From Rickettsiales bacterium (GTDB lineage: Bacteria; Pseudomonadota; Alphaproteobacteria; Rickettsiales; UBA998): DNA of 64,000 bases. Position 1 is the first letter of the stretch; the number at the start of each line of letters is the position of its first letter. Below are positions 8,384 through 18,823 of the stretch, in pieces. Location of the stretch: positions 33,907 through 97,906 of the forward strand of contig JBGTBD010000027.1 of assembly GCA_041749475.1 (NCBI GenBank). Reading direction: 5' to 3'. Below the pieces are notes generated by a model that saw nothing but the letters and a program-made list of their open reading frames with translations, searched no databases and was not told where the DNA came from. A program made the translations under genes and the position numbers.

Positions 8384-11146
8384 ATGGACGGTCTCCCCTC
8401 ACTCGCAGCATCCTCTCTCCCCGCTTCCGGGAACGTCCGCTTCACCGATTTACCCGACGTTATCCCCCATAGCATCGTCTCCGCGAAAAAAGACGAACTC
8501 TTTCGGCAGGGATTGCTGGAACTCGTCCGGCTCCATTTCACCGAGCAGCGCATAAAAATCGAGCGGGAGTTCATGGCGCATCGGCAGGTAAATGAGGCCT
8601 TAAAAGCCCATACGGAGCTGATGGATAACATTATCCTCTGGCTCTATGAAGCGGCGATGGCCCGCGCCCGCCAGCAACATCGCCTGAGCAAAGGGCGTGA
8701 CCAGTCCTTCGCCATCATTGCCACGGGTGGCTACGGAAGGCAGGAGCTATTCCCCCATTCGGATATCGACCTGCTTATCGTCCATGAACTTTCTTCCCCT
8801 GAACTGCTGGAACAGCTCACCGAACCCCTTCTCTATGTTCTCTGGGATTTGGGATTGAAGGTCGGACAAGCCGTTCGCAATATCGAAGAAGCCCGGCAGT
8901 CGATGAGCGACCACACCATCCTCTCCAGCATGCTGGACGCACGTTTCCTCGCGGGGGATGAATCACTCTTTATACGGTTGTGGGAAGATTATCGTCAGGG
9001 CATCGGCCCGGTGGAAGCCATCGCCTTCGTGGATGCCAAGCTCTCCGAGCGCGATGCCCGCCATATCAAGATGGGAGATACTCGTTATATCCTTGAGCCA
9101 AATATCAAGGACGGCAAAGGGGGGCTGCGCGACCTGCATTCCCTCTATTGGATCGCGCGCTACGTTTATCACATCGGCAAGATGGAGGACTTGGTCGGTC
9201 GCGGCGTGCTTACCGCCACCGAATACAAGCGCTTCGCCAAGGCGATTGATTTCCTCTTCACCGTGCGCATGTATCTGCATTACCTCGCGGGCCGCTCTGA
9301 AGATCGCCTGACGTTCGAGATGCAACGCTCCATCGCCGCCGCGCTCGGCTATCGCGGTCGCACGCCCAATCAGGCGGTTGAGCGTTTCATGAAACATTAT
9401 TTCCAGATCGCACGTGATGTCGGATTCCTCACCAGCGTCTTCTGCGCAGTGTTGGAGGAGGAGCAAAAATATAGCCCCAAATTCTCCCTCGCCCGTTGGC
9501 TGACGGCAGGACGGCGGGTGGACGGCTTCCACGTGGAGGGCACGCGTATCACCATCGCCTCGCCAAAGGAAATCCAGAAACATCCCGAACGGATGATGCA
9601 CCTATTCTACACGGCGGCGCGGGAACAATTGAATATCCACCCGCAAGCCTTGAAGACCGTATCGCGCAACCTGAAATGGCTGGATGCAAAATTCCGCGCC
9701 AAGCCGGAAGCCATCACACTCTTCCGTACCATCCTTGAGGATACGAAGTATGGCGAGCTGACATTGCGCATGATGAAAGAAGCCGGTGTCCTCGCCCGCT
9801 TCATGCCGGACTTCGCGAAAATCTCCGGCCAGATGCAGTTCGACATGTACCATATTTATACGGTCGATGAACACACTCTCACTGCGCTCGGCATTCTTTA
9901 TAATATAAAGGAGAACAAACATACCAAAGACTTGCCGCTGGCGAGCCGGATCATCAAGCAGGTGGAGTCCTTACGCGTACTCTATCTCGCCATGCTTTGC
10001 CACGACATCGCCAAAGGCAGTGGTGGTAAGCATGAAGCCAAGGGTGAAAAGATAGCCCTCGCCTACGCGAAACAATTTGGCTTCACCGAGGAAGAACAAC
10101 AGCTCACCGGCTGGCTGGTGAAACATCAGGCGCTTTTCAGCGACACCGCGTTCAAGCGCGATCTATCCGACCCCGCCTCCATCCATTATTTCGCCGAGCG
10201 CGTCCAGTCGCCGGAGAAGCTGCGTCTCTTGTTATTATTGAGCGTCGCCGACATCCGCGCCGTCGGCCCCACCGTCTGGAACGGCTGGAAAGCGAGCCTG
10301 ATGCGCGAATTGTTCAAGAAGACCGAAAGCTTCCTGCAGACCGGGGCACTCCCCAGCGCCCCCGGTGAACGGGACGCGATTCAGGCGGAGATGAAACCCC
10401 TCCTCCCCCGCTGGCCGCAAAGCCGTATCGATGTCTATCTTGCCAACTGCCCGGAAGAACAACTCTTCTCACGCACCCCTGCCGAGCATGCGACCATCGC
10501 CGCACTCATCCACCGCATCGGCACGGAAAAATCCGAATTTGCCTTAGCCTTCTCCACCGAAGCGGAAGAGAGCATTACGCAAATCGTCTTCGCCGGGTCT
10601 GACCGCATCGGGCTGATGGCCGACATCGCCGGAGCCCTCGCCATCTCAGGTATCTATATTCTCGGTGCGCGCATCTGGACGATGAAGGATGGGACCGCCG
10701 TGCAATTCTGGTTAGTACAGAACATAGACCGCCAACCGCTCGATGAATCGCTTTACCGACCCCTCCTCGAACGCACGGTGACCGAGATTTTCTCAGGCCG
10801 CACAACTACTGAAAAGCAGTTAGAAAAACGCCGCAAGCCAGCCCGAAAATCAGAACTGTTTGAAGTTAAAGGGCAGGTCTTCTTCGAGAACCACCAGAGC
10901 GGCACGTTCACCATCGCCGAGGTCAACGGGCAGGATCGACAAGGGGTGCTGCACGCCATCTGCCGCGCGCTTCAGGAACAGCGCGTCAATATTGCCTCCG
11001 CGCACATCAACACCTACGGTGCGGAAGTGGTGGACGTGTTCTACATCAAGGATAATTTCGGTTTCAAGATCACCCATTCCCAACGCCTCGCCCAGATACG
11101 CGCCGCCGTGCTGGACGCGATGGCAATCCCAACAATCCCCGCGTAA
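8384..11146 (+). CDS. glnD: [protein-PII] uridylyltransferase / uridylyl-removing enzyme
   Basis: It has a nucleotidyltransferase region (ATGGYGRQELFPHSDIDLL), an HD domain (MLCHDIAKG) and two C-terminal ACT-like domains. I set the ATG at 8384 (MDGLPSL...). The track start at 8327 is a TTG. Confidence 0.9.
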   Translation: MDGLPSLAASSLPASGNVRFTDLPDVIPHSIVSAKKDELFRQGLLELVRLHFTEQRIKIEREFMAHRQVNEALKAHTELMDNIILWLYEAAMARARQQHRLSKGRDQSFAIIATGGYGRQELFPHSDIDLLIVHELSSPELLEQLTEPLLYVLWDLGLKVGQAVRNIEEARQSMSDHTILSSMLDARFLAGDESLFIRLWEDYRQGIGPVEAIAFVDAKLSERDARHIKMGDTRYILEPNIKDGKGGLRDLHSLYWIARYVYHIGKMEDLVGRGVLTATEYKRFAKAIDFLFTVRMYLHYLAGRSEDRLTFEMQRSIAAALGYRGRTPNQAVERFMKHYFQIARDVGFLTSVFCAVLEEEQKYSPKFSLARWLTAGRRVDGFHVEGTRITIASPKEIQKHPERMMHLFYTAAREQLNIHPQALKTVSRNLKWLDAKFRAKPEAITLFRTILEDTKYGELTLRMMKEAGVLARFMPDFAKISGQMQFDMYHIYTVDEHTLTALGILYNIKENKHTKDLPLASRIIKQVESLRVLYLAMLCHDIAKGSGGKHEAKGEKIALAYAKQFGFTEEEQQLTGWLVKHQALFSDTAFKRDLSDPASIHYFAERVQSPEKLRLLLLLSVADIRAVGPTVWNGWKASLMRELFKKTESFLQTGALPSAPGERDAIQAEMKPLLPRWPQSRIDVYLANCPEEQLFSRTPAEHATIAALIHRIGTEKSEFALAFSTEAEESITQIVFAGSDRIGLMADIAGALAISGIYILGARIWTMKDGTAVQFWLVQNIDRQPLDESLYRPLLERTVTEIFSGRTTTEKQLEKRRKPARKSELFEVKGQVFFENHQSGTFTIAEVNGQDRQGVLHAICRALQEQRVNIASAHINTYGAEVVDVFYIKDNFGFKITHSQRLAQIRAAVLDAMAIPTIPA

Positions 11147-11155
11147 GGAAAAACC

Positions 11156-11443
11156 ATGTTCGCTGTGATGCGCTATGTCATCTTCGCCCTCCCGCTCCTT
11201 GTCTTCCTTGGCTGGTTCGCCTATCGCGCCCAGCAGAAAGAGCGAATCACCCGTGAACAATATCTGCGCTACCGCCGTATCCTTTTCATCCTCGGCGGGG
11301 CCAACATCCTCCTGATGGTCGCCCTCTGGATCGCCACTCTCATGTTCGAGCAACCGACCGAACGCATGGAATATATCCCCGCGAAAAATGTGGGCGGTAA
11401 ACTCATCCCCGGTCATCTGGAGCCCAGTGATGAGCGCTACTGA
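11156..11443 (+). CDS. small 2-TM membrane protein, unknown function
   Basis: The 95-aa ORF has two hydrophobic helices. It starts 9 nt after glnD and overlaps the next gene's start. Confidence 0.45.
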   Translation: MFAVMRYVIFALPLLVFLGWFAYRAQQKERITREQYLRYRRILFILGGANILLMVALWIATLMFEQPTERMEYIPAKNVGGKLIPGHLEPSDERY

Positions 11444-12650
11444 AACTCCCTTCCAGTGGCTACATGAACCGGAACTGGACGCGTTGGGCACAGCACTCTC
11501 CCAGCACGGCGTCATCTACCGTTTCGTGGGCGGTGCGGTGCGCGACAGCCTCATGGGCCGCGAGGTGATGGACATCGACATCGCCACCCCCTCCGTTCCG
11601 ACGCGGGTGATGGAGGCGCTTCGCCGCGCCGATATTCGCGCCCTCCCGACCGGCCTCGACCACGGGACGGTGACCGCGCTGGTGAATGGTCGGCGGTTCG
11701 AGATCACCACGCTTCGCACCGATTTGAATTGCGATGGCCGCCACGCCGAAGTCACCTTCGGCACGAGTTGGGAGGAAGACGCAAAACGCCGAGACTTCAC
11801 CATCAACGCGCTTTATCTCGACCATGAAGGGTCCGTCTACGATTACGTCGGCGGTCTTGAGGATATTCCCAAGCACCGCATCCGTTTCATCGGCCACCCG
11901 GAATTGCGCATTCAGGAGGATTATCTACGCATCTTGCGTTATTTCCGCTTCTTCGCCACCCATGGAAATCCCCCTGCCGATAAGAACGCACTAGCCGCCA
12001 TCACGGCCCATATAGACGGGATGGAAACACTCTCCGGCGAACGTATTCATCAGGAGATGTTTAAATTGCTTGGCTCGCACAACCCATTCGCTTCCATCAC
12101 GCTGATGGAGAAATGCGGGGTACTCTCTTTCCTTATCGGTTGTCCCGTCTCCTTACGTTCCATCAAGGCACTCGCCACCGTGGAACAGGCATGGCGGCTG
12201 ACTCCTACGGCAGTCCTGCGCCTTGCCGCCCTGCTCCTCACCACAGATGCGCCGAAGCAGGCTTTGCAACGGATCGAACTGCGCTGGAGACTTTCCCGTG
12301 CCGAATCCAAACTGATAAGTTTCCTGCTGCAAGCCTCCACCCTCCCGCTGGAGACATTCAGCGAAAGCGAAGCCAAGAAATTCCTGCGCGCCAACAGCGA
12401 TAAACCGAACGGCTTGTTGCTCGCGCTCCGCACTACGCTCGTCCATGCCGGGCAACGTCTCAAACTTCAGCAACTGCGCGCCTTCTCCGAACAATGGCAG
12501 CCACCGCGCTTCCCGCTGACGGGCCGCGATCTGCAGGCCAGAGGCATCCCCGAAGGCCGCTTGCTCGGCACATTATTGAAACAGTTGGAAAACGACTGGG
12601 AAGAAAGCGGCTACACGCTGAATGCCGCAGCGCTACTCAAGAGAATTTAG
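11430..12650 (+). CDS. cca: CCA tRNA nucleotidyltransferase / poly(A) polymerase family protein
   Basis: It has the class II nucleotidyltransferase head motif RFVGGAVRDSLMGR...DIDIAT...RRDFTINAL. I set the ATG at 11430 (MSATETPF). Confidence 0.8.
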   Translation: MSATETPFQWLHEPELDALGTALSQHGVIYRFVGGAVRDSLMGREVMDIDIATPSVPTRVMEALRRADIRALPTGLDHGTVTALVNGRRFEITTLRTDLNCDGRHAEVTFGTSWEEDAKRRDFTINALYLDHEGSVYDYVGGLEDIPKHRIRFIGHPELRIQEDYLRILRYFRFFATHGNPPADKNALAAITAHIDGMETLSGERIHQEMFKLLGSHNPFASITLMEKCGVLSFLIGCPVSLRSIKALATVEQAWRLTPTAVLRLAALLLTTDAPKQALQRIELRWRLSRAESKLISFLLQASTLPLETFSESEAKKFLRANSDKPNGLLLALRTTLVHAGQRLKLQQLRAFSEQWQPPRFPLTGRDLQARGIPEGRLLGTLLKQLENDWEESGYTLNAAALLKRI

Positions 12651-14578
12651 GTTCCGATAGTCTTGCCGTCCTTGCGCGTGATGGCGATGACCGAGGGGCG
12701 CGGCGGCATCCCTTCTTTAAAGTCCGGCCAGCGCGTGGAGGGGCTGTCGAATCTGGAATCCTTCGGCGCTTCCCCCGGATGCTGGATAGAAACAAACAGC
12801 GTCTTTCCGTCAGGCGTCACGCAGGGCCCGGTGACCTCACAGCCGATAGGTCCGTTGAAGAACAGGCGCGTCACGCCCTTATACGGCCCTGTCGTTTCGG
12901 CGGCGTAGATGCTGTCGTTCTTGTCGATGGCACTTTGCTGCCCGTCGGTCGTGATCCAAACGCGCCCCTCGGGGTCGAAGGCGAGATTATCCGGATTGGT
13001 CAGCCACCCATGCTCCGACACCTTGCCCTGATAATACGCGTCATCATCCGGGGAGGCCGGATTCCCGCCTTTAAGGAAGATATCCCACCTATATACATCC
13101 GCCGTGTAATCCGGCAGCCCGTTCGCATCCAGCGGCGCGGTGAGCTCCAAGATATGCCCGTAGGGATTTTTATTTCGCGGATTGCCCGGCTCTTTCTCAG
13201 TACGCAGAGGGTTCTTGGTGAGGACGACGAACAGCGTCTTGCTCACCGGATTCACTTCCACATCCTCCACGCGATCCATCGGTGTCGCACCCATCAGCTT
13301 CGCCGCACGACGCGTCTCGATCAATACGTCGGCCTGGGAATGGAAATCATTCTCCGGTGTGAGCAGCCCTTCCCCGAAAACCAGTGGTATCCAACGTACC
13401 GTACCGTCACTCTGGAACTGCGCAACGGAGAGCACCCCGTCATCCAGCAAGTCCTTAGTGACGTCGGGCCGCCCTTGCTTGAACTGCCGTGCGGTGAGGA
13501 AACGATACACATGCTCGAACTCATCATCATCCCCCATGAACACCGCAATGCGGCCATCGGGAGCTACAACGGGCGAGGCGGACTCATGCTTCATACGCCC
13601 AAGCGCAGTGCGCTTCACAGGGACGGTTTCAGGACGGTAGGGGTCGATCTCGACCACCCAACCGAATCGGTTGGGCTCATGCGGCTCCTTCGCGGTATCG
13701 AATCGGTCATGGAACTTATGCCAGCCATAATAGAGTTCTTTCCCTACATCCATCGCCTGATGGTTCCGGTATTCCGGATTATCTTGCGTCGCCGGTGGGA
13801 ACACTGTGTCGATATTTTCCTCACAGGTCAGATACGTATTCCACGGGGTCACACCCCCGGCGCAATTCATCATCGTACCATGCACGAGGATACCCAGCGG
13901 GTCCTCCTTCGTCTTCATCCGTGTATGTGCCGCTGCCGGACCGGAGATCCGTATCGGCGTCGTCGCAGTGATGCGCCTGTTGATGAGGCTACCCACCACA
14001 GGACGCCATTTTCCATCCTTTCGATGTATTTCCACGACGCTGCAACCGAGCGATTCCATCTCGATGCGCGCCTGCTTTTCGCTCACCTGCTCGACCTCAT
14101 GCGAGGGATCGATATGCGGGAACATCAGGCGCAGATCGGTATATTCATGATTAACACAAAGAATGCCATGCTCCGGGTGATAGCTACCGGGGATCAGCGG
14201 GAAGAACGCGATGAAATCATTATTATACCCGAACCGCTGCGCCTGTTCTTCCGGCGTCAATTCTTTCGGATCGAACGCGGAGGATTTCGCAAGCAGCGGG
14301 TCACCCCAACTCAGCAAAATATCGGCGTGATAGCCGAGCGCTAAGGAAATCTTATCGTCATTCCTCTTGGCGATCTCAGTGAAAGTGAGAGAAGACGTCG
14401 AAATGAGCTGCTTCTTGATGCCCGGTTTTGCTGCACATCCGGGTAGCCCTACCAGCAACCCTGCACCAGCCAATCCGACACCTGCTTTCGCCGCCCCGCG
14501 TAACCAATCCCGCCGCGTCATTTCACGTTGGAGGATAACCTCGGAGATATGCGGGGATGATGTTGCGCGCTCGGACAT
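12647..14578 (-). CDS. phoX: PhoX-family (DUF839) secreted phosphatase with Tat signal
   Basis: It has a twin-arginine leader (MTRRDWLRGAAKAGVGLAGAGLLVGLPGCAA) and a beta-propeller-like body with PhoX-type motifs (NPDNLAFDPEGRVWITTDG). I set the start at the ATG at 14578. Confidence 0.75.
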   Translation of the reverse strand: MSERATSSPHISEVILQREMTRRDWLRGAAKAGVGLAGAGLLVGLPGCAAKPGIKKQLISTSSLTFTEIAKRNDDKISLALGYHADILLSWGDPLLAKSSAFDPKELTPEEQAQRFGYNNDFIAFFPLIPGSYHPEHGILCVNHEYTDLRLMFPHIDPSHEVEQVSEKQARIEMESLGCSVVEIHRKDGKWRPVVGSLINRRITATTPIRISGPAAAHTRMKTKEDPLGILVHGTMMNCAGGVTPWNTYLTCEENIDTVFPPATQDNPEYRNHQAMDVGKELYYGWHKFHDRFDTAKEPHEPNRFGWVVEIDPYRPETVPVKRTALGRMKHESASPVVAPDGRIAVFMGDDDEFEHVYRFLTARQFKQGRPDVTKDLLDDGVLSVAQFQSDGTVRWIPLVFGEGLLTPENDFHSQADVLIETRRAAKLMGATPMDRVEDVEVNPVSKTLFVVLTKNPLRTEKEPGNPRNKNPYGHILELTAPLDANGLPDYTADVYRWDIFLKGGNPASPDDDAYYQGKVSEHGWLTNPDNLAFDPEGRVWITTDGQQSAIDKNDSIYAAETTGPYKGVTRLFFNGPIGCEVTGPCVTPDGKTLFVSIQHPGEAPKDSRFDSPSTRWPDFKEGMPPRPSVIAITRKDGKTIGT

Positions 14579-14671
14579 GAGCGGACTATAGCAGCTTACG
14601 GGGAATTGTGAATAGTCACCAACCCGCCACACCAAATTATTTAGGGAACGTTTCTCTGATCGTAAAAAGGA

Positions 14672-15421
14672 TTATTCTTCGTCGTTGCCGAAGCTTTCGC
14701 CGCCCGGGTTCTCTTCGAGCGCGTACCCTGCGGAACGCACCGTACGGATGAGGTCAGGCTGCTTGCTATCGTAATTGAGCGCTTTACGCAGACGTCGGAT
14801 ATGCACATCTACGGTGCGCAACTCGACGTAAATATCATGTCCCCACACAGCATCGAGCAATTGCTCGCGTGAGAAGACGCGGCCGGGATGTTCCATCAGA
14901 TAGCGCAGCAGGCCGAACTCAGTCGGGCTGAGATGCACTTCCGACCCGTTACGCGTCACCTTATGGGTGGATATATCCATATTGATACCTGCAAAATCCA
15001 GACGTTGCTCGGAGAGCGACGGGCGGATACGGCGGAACACGGCGCGGATACGCGCGACCAGTTCGCTCGGCGAGAAGGGCTTGACCATATAATCATCCGC
15101 CCCGGCGTCGAGGCCGCGTACGCGATCCCCTTCTTCGCCACGTGCAGAAAGCATGATGATCGGGATATTTTTCGTATCGTTATTCCAGCGGAGGTTCTTG
15201 CAGACCTCAACACCGGTCATGGAAGGCAGCATCCAATCGAGCACGATGATGTCGGGCTTGTAGGCTTTCACCAAGGCGATTGCTTCTTCCCCGTCCCCCG
15301 TGGTATAGACCCGGAAGCCTTCGCGTTCCAGATTGTAACGCAGCATAGTGACGATGGCCGCTTCATCCTCAACGATGAGGACGGATGTTTCTAACGACGC
15401 GCTTTTGGATGCTCTGCTCAT
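14672..15421 (-). CDS. phoB: phosphate regulon response regulator (OmpR/PhoB family)
   Basis: The receiver domain carries LDWMLPSMTGVEVC...IIMLSARGEEGDRVRGLDAGADDYMVKPFSPSEL. A winged-helix C-terminus follows. Confidence 0.8.
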   Translation of the reverse strand: MSRASKSASLETSVLIVEDEAAIVTMLRYNLEREGFRVYTTGDGEEAIALVKAYKPDIIVLDWMLPSMTGVEVCKNLRWNNDTKNIPIIMLSARGEEGDRVRGLDAGADDYMVKPFSPSELVARIRAVFRRIRPSLSEQRLDFAGINMDISTHKVTRNGSEVHLSPTEFGLLRYLMEHPGRVFSREQLLDAVWGHDIYVELRTVDVHIRRLRKALNYDSKQPDLIRTVRSAGYALEENPGGESFGNDEE

Positions 15422-15516
15422 ATTCTACCGACAACTCCTTGACATTAAGCCATGCTAGGGTACAGACGTTATTTTTTACTTAACAGAACCTTAGTGAATG
15501 CTTAAAGGTGGTGCCA

Positions 15517-16071
15517 ATGAAGCCTTTTGTCAAATTATTACTGGATTTCGGGCCTCTGCTGGCGTTTTTTGCCATATATGGGATGTCCGATCTCATCACC
15601 GCGACCCTGTTTTTGATCCCGGCCACCATTCTCGTTTCCGTTATCTATTATATAATGTTGAAGAAATGGGAGCCTCTTCCGTTAATGACGATGGGCATCG
15701 TCACCGTCATGGGCGGGCTGACCTTGTGGCTAGGAGATGAGGATTTCATCAAGATGAAACCGACCATCATCAACGCCATTCTGGGACTGACACTCATCGT
15801 CGCCTCGATCCGCAAGAAGATGTGGCTGCAGAAATTACTCGGCAGCGCTCTGGCGCTGAACGAACGGGGCTGGCAACTACTCACCCGGAATTACGGCTTA
15901 CTCTTCCTATTCCTCGCCATCGCCAACGAACTCATCTGGCGCACCCAGTCCACGGACGTATGGGTCAATTTCAAAGTGTTCGGCATCCTGGGTGTCACCT
16001 TCCTCTTCTTCATCATCCAGGTTCCGCTGCTGAAGAAATACATTGTGGAAGAGGCGCCGAAGGCAGAGTGA
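15517..16071 (+). CDS. yciB: intracellular septation protein A (YciB/IspZ family)
   Basis: The N-terminus MKPFVKLLLDFGPLLAFF matches the family, and the protein has 5 TM helices. I chose the ATG at 15517, which has AAAGGTGG upstream. Confidence 0.75.
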   Translation: MKPFVKLLLDFGPLLAFFAIYGMSDLITATLFLIPATILVSVIYYIMLKKWEPLPLMTMGIVTVMGGLTLWLGDEDFIKMKPTIINAILGLTLIVASIRKKMWLQKLLGSALALNERGWQLLTRNYGLLFLFLAIANELIWRTQSTDVWVNFKVFGILGVTFLFFIIQVPLLKKYIVEEAPKAE

Positions 16072-16122
16072 CCTTGTCCCATGGATTCTCGTCTTCCAGC
16101 ACAAGCGGGAATGACAAGATAA

Positions 16123-17382
16123 TTATGAAACCGCCCGCCACGCGATGTCGCGGCGGCAGAAGCCTTCCGGCCAGTCGATGAGATCGACGGCTTTGTATGC
16201 TTTCGCCTGTGCTTCCTTCACCGAATCGCCCAGCGCAGTGACGCCGAGAACGCGCCCACCAATCGCATGTAACTCGCCGTTCTTCATCTCGGTGCCCGCG
16301 TGATAGACAGTGACCCCTTCGATGGCTTCTGCCTTATCGATACCACGGATAATCGTGCCCTTATCATAACTCCCCGGATAACCCTCCGCCGCCATCACCA
16401 CACAGACCGCCGCTTGCGGTTTGAACTTGAAAGGACGATCGATGAGCTTTCCTTGTGCAGCGCTGAATAATATATCGGCGAGGTCTTCATCCAGACGTGC
16501 CAACAACACTTGTGTCTCCGGGTCCCCAAAGCGTGTATTGAATTCGATGAGCTGCGGCCCCGTCGCCGTAATCATGAGGCCAGCGAAGAGCACTCCGGTA
16601 AACGGCATCCCCTCCGCCTTCATCGCCTTCACCGTGGGGGTGACGACGCGATCCATGATCTCTTTACGCAATGCATCTGTCACGATAGGCGCAGGCGCAT
16701 ACGTCCCCATACCACCCGTGTTCGGCCCGGTATCCCCGTCGAACGCACGTTTATGATCCTGCGCCGAACTGAATTCGATCCCGCGCTCCCCATCACATAG
16801 TGCGAAGAAGCTGATCTCCTCACCCTCAAGATATTCTTCGATAACGATCTGCGCACTTGCATCACCGAACATGCCCGCAAACATATCATCGATCACGCGT
16901 TCCGCTTCCCGGCGTCGATGCGCGATGATGACGCCCTTGCCAGCCGCAAGCCCGTCCGCCTTGATGACGATCGGCATCGACTGCCGCGCCAGGTAATCCT
17001 TCGCGCTCATCGCATCCGTGAAACGCTGATACGCCCCCGTCGGGATATTATATTTCGCACAAATATCCTTGGTGAACCCTTTGGAACCCTCTAATTGCGC
17101 CGCCAGCTTGGATGGCCCAAATACCAGGATATCGCGCTCACGCAGATAATCGGCAAGCCCTTCCACCAATGGTTGCTCCGGCCCGATGACGACGAGCTCA
17201 ATGTCATGTTCCTTGCAAAAATGCCCGATTTCCTCGAAGGAACCGAGCTGGATGCACAACGCATCATTGGCGATGCCACCATTCCCGGGTGAACAATAGA
17301 GCGATGTCACGTTCGGTGAACGGCCCAATGCCTTACATATCGCATGTTCCCGCCCGCCTGAGCCAATCACCAGAATCTTCAT
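16123..17382 (-). CDS. purD: phosphoribosylamine-glycine ligase
   Basis: The protein reads MKILVIGSGGREHAI... and has an ATP-grasp layout typical of full-length PurD. Confidence 0.95.
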   Translation of the reverse strand: MKILVIGSGGREHAICKALGRSPNVTSLYCSPGNGGIANDALCIQLGSFEEIGHFCKEHDIELVVIGPEQPLVEGLADYLRERDILVFGPSKLAAQLEGSKGFTKDICAKYNIPTGAYQRFTDAMSAKDYLARQSMPIVIKADGLAAGKGVIIAHRRREAERVIDDMFAGMFGDASAQIVIEEYLEGEEISFFALCDGERGIEFSSAQDHKRAFDGDTGPNTGGMGTYAPAPIVTDALRKEIMDRVVTPTVKAMKAEGMPFTGVLFAGLMITATGPQLIEFNTRFGDPETQVLLARLDEDLADILFSAAQGKLIDRPFKFKPQAAVCVVMAAEGYPGSYDKGTIIRGIDKAEAIEGVTVYHAGTEMKNGELHAIGGRVLGVTALGDSVKEAQAKAYKAVDLIDWPEGFCRRDIAWRAVS

Positions 17383-17440
17383 TGCACACTCATTGTTATT
17401 TTTAGTTACAAGAGGCGCAACCTAACGTAAATTTCGGCCA

Positions 17441-18817
17441 ATGCCAAGCACTTCGCCATTGCACAATCAACCGGAACTGACCGTCAGCCAGCTTTCCGCT
17501 GCGCTTAAACGCGTGGTAGAGGAGAATTTCGGGCTGGTGCGCGTCCGCGGTGAGATTTCCGGCTTCAAACGCGCGGCTTCCGGACATCTTTACTTCGATC
17601 TGAAGGACGAGAACGCGGTGCTCAACTCCGTCTGCTGGAAAGGCACGGCCAGCAAGTTCGCATTCAAACCGGAAGACGGTCTGGAAGTCATCTGCCGTGG
17701 CAAAATCTCCACATACCCGGGCCGGTCCAATTATCAACTCGTCGTCGATGCCATGGAACCGGCAGGCGTCGGTGCACTGATGGCACTGCTCGAAAAACGT
17801 AAATTGGAGATGCAGAAAGAAGGCCTGTTCGACCCGGCCCGCAAACGCTCTCTTCCGTATTTGCCACAAGTCATCGGCGTCGTCACTTCCCCCACCGGCG
17901 CGGTCATCCGTGACATCCTCCACCGCCTGCGGGAACGTTTCCCCGTGCATGTACTGGTATGGCCTGTCCTCGTGCAAGGCGAAGGCGCCGCGGACCAGAT
18001 CACCACCGCCATCAACGGCTTCAACGCCATGCCGGAACATGAAAAACCTGACTTAATCATCGTCGCCCGTGGCGGCGGTTCCATCGAAGACCTCTGGGCG
18101 TTCAACGAGGAAAATGTCGTCCGCGCCGCTGCTAATTCAACCATTCCCCTTATCTCCGCCGTCGGTCATGAAACGGATACGACGCTGATTGATTACGTTT
18201 CCGACAAGCGCGCCCCCACTCCTACCGCCGCCGCCGAAATCGCCGTTCCCGTCAAAGCGGATTTGCAAGCATGGTTACTCGAAGCACAGCAACGCACGTT
18301 CCGTTCCCTCCACCGCCGCCTGTCGCTCTATGCCGAACGCGTCGAGGCGCTGGCACGGGGGTTGCCGAAACCGAAATCCTATCTCGACCAGAAAACGCAG
18401 CGGCTGGATGAGATACAGGAACGCCTCACCGCCTCCCGCCACTCCTATTTCCGCGACCATCAGAAACATCTTTTACTCCTCAGCAGCAAGCTCGCGCCTG
18501 AATGGATCGCACGGCAAATCCATCATCAGCTACAGCGGTTGGACAATTGGGCGGAGCGCCAGCAGACTGCTCATAAAACCATGCTCCATACATTGGTCTA
18601 TCGCCTTGAACTGGCCACCCGCCTCCTCAGTAATATGAGCTACCAAAGCGTCCTTAAGCGCGGCTTTACACTCGTGCGCGACGCATCCGGCAAACCCGTA
18701 GCAAGCCAAGCCGTAGCCAAAGGACTACCCAAACTGATGATTGAATTCCGCGATGGTGAACTAAGCGTCATCCCCACCGCCACGCGGCAAGGCTCCCTGT
18801 TCGACGATACGCCGTAA
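17441..18817 (+). CDS. xseA: exodeoxyribonuclease VII large subunit
   Basis: It has the N-terminal OB fold (VRVRGEISGFKRAASGHLYFDLKD) and the XseA catalytic and coiled-coil regions. Confidence 0.9.
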   Translation: MPSTSPLHNQPELTVSQLSAALKRVVEENFGLVRVRGEISGFKRAASGHLYFDLKDENAVLNSVCWKGTASKFAFKPEDGLEVICRGKISTYPGRSNYQLVVDAMEPAGVGALMALLEKRKLEMQKEGLFDPARKRSLPYLPQVIGVVTSPTGAVIRDILHRLRERFPVHVLVWPVLVQGEGAADQITTAINGFNAMPEHEKPDLIIVARGGGSIEDLWAFNEENVVRAAANSTIPLISAVGHETDTTLIDYVSDKRAPTPTAAAEIAVPVKADLQAWLLEAQQRTFRSLHRRLSLYAERVEALARGLPKPKSYLDQKTQRLDEIQERLTASRHSYFRDHQKHLLLLSSKLAPEWIARQIHHQLQRLDNWAERQQTAHKTMLHTLVYRLELATRLLSNMSYQSVLKRGFTLVRDASGKPVASQAVAKGLPKLMIEFRDGELSVIPTATRQGSLFDDTP

Positions 18818-18823
18818 GGCCGC

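Noticed and set aside
8347-8386. A TATAAT hexamer (8372-8377) 6 nt before the glnD ATG, suggesting a leaderless transcript.
   Set aside because: There is no convincing -35 element at 17-bp spacing. The adjacent TTGACT is contiguous with the TATAAT, not spaced from it. This is speculative without transcript mapping.
16072-16122. A possible third copy of the GTCATTC palindromic element, or a terminator, between yciB and purD (cttgtc...gggaatgacaag).
   Set aside because: Only 6 bp pair (cttgtc/gacaag) and there is one gaatgac half-site. This is too short and degenerate to call.
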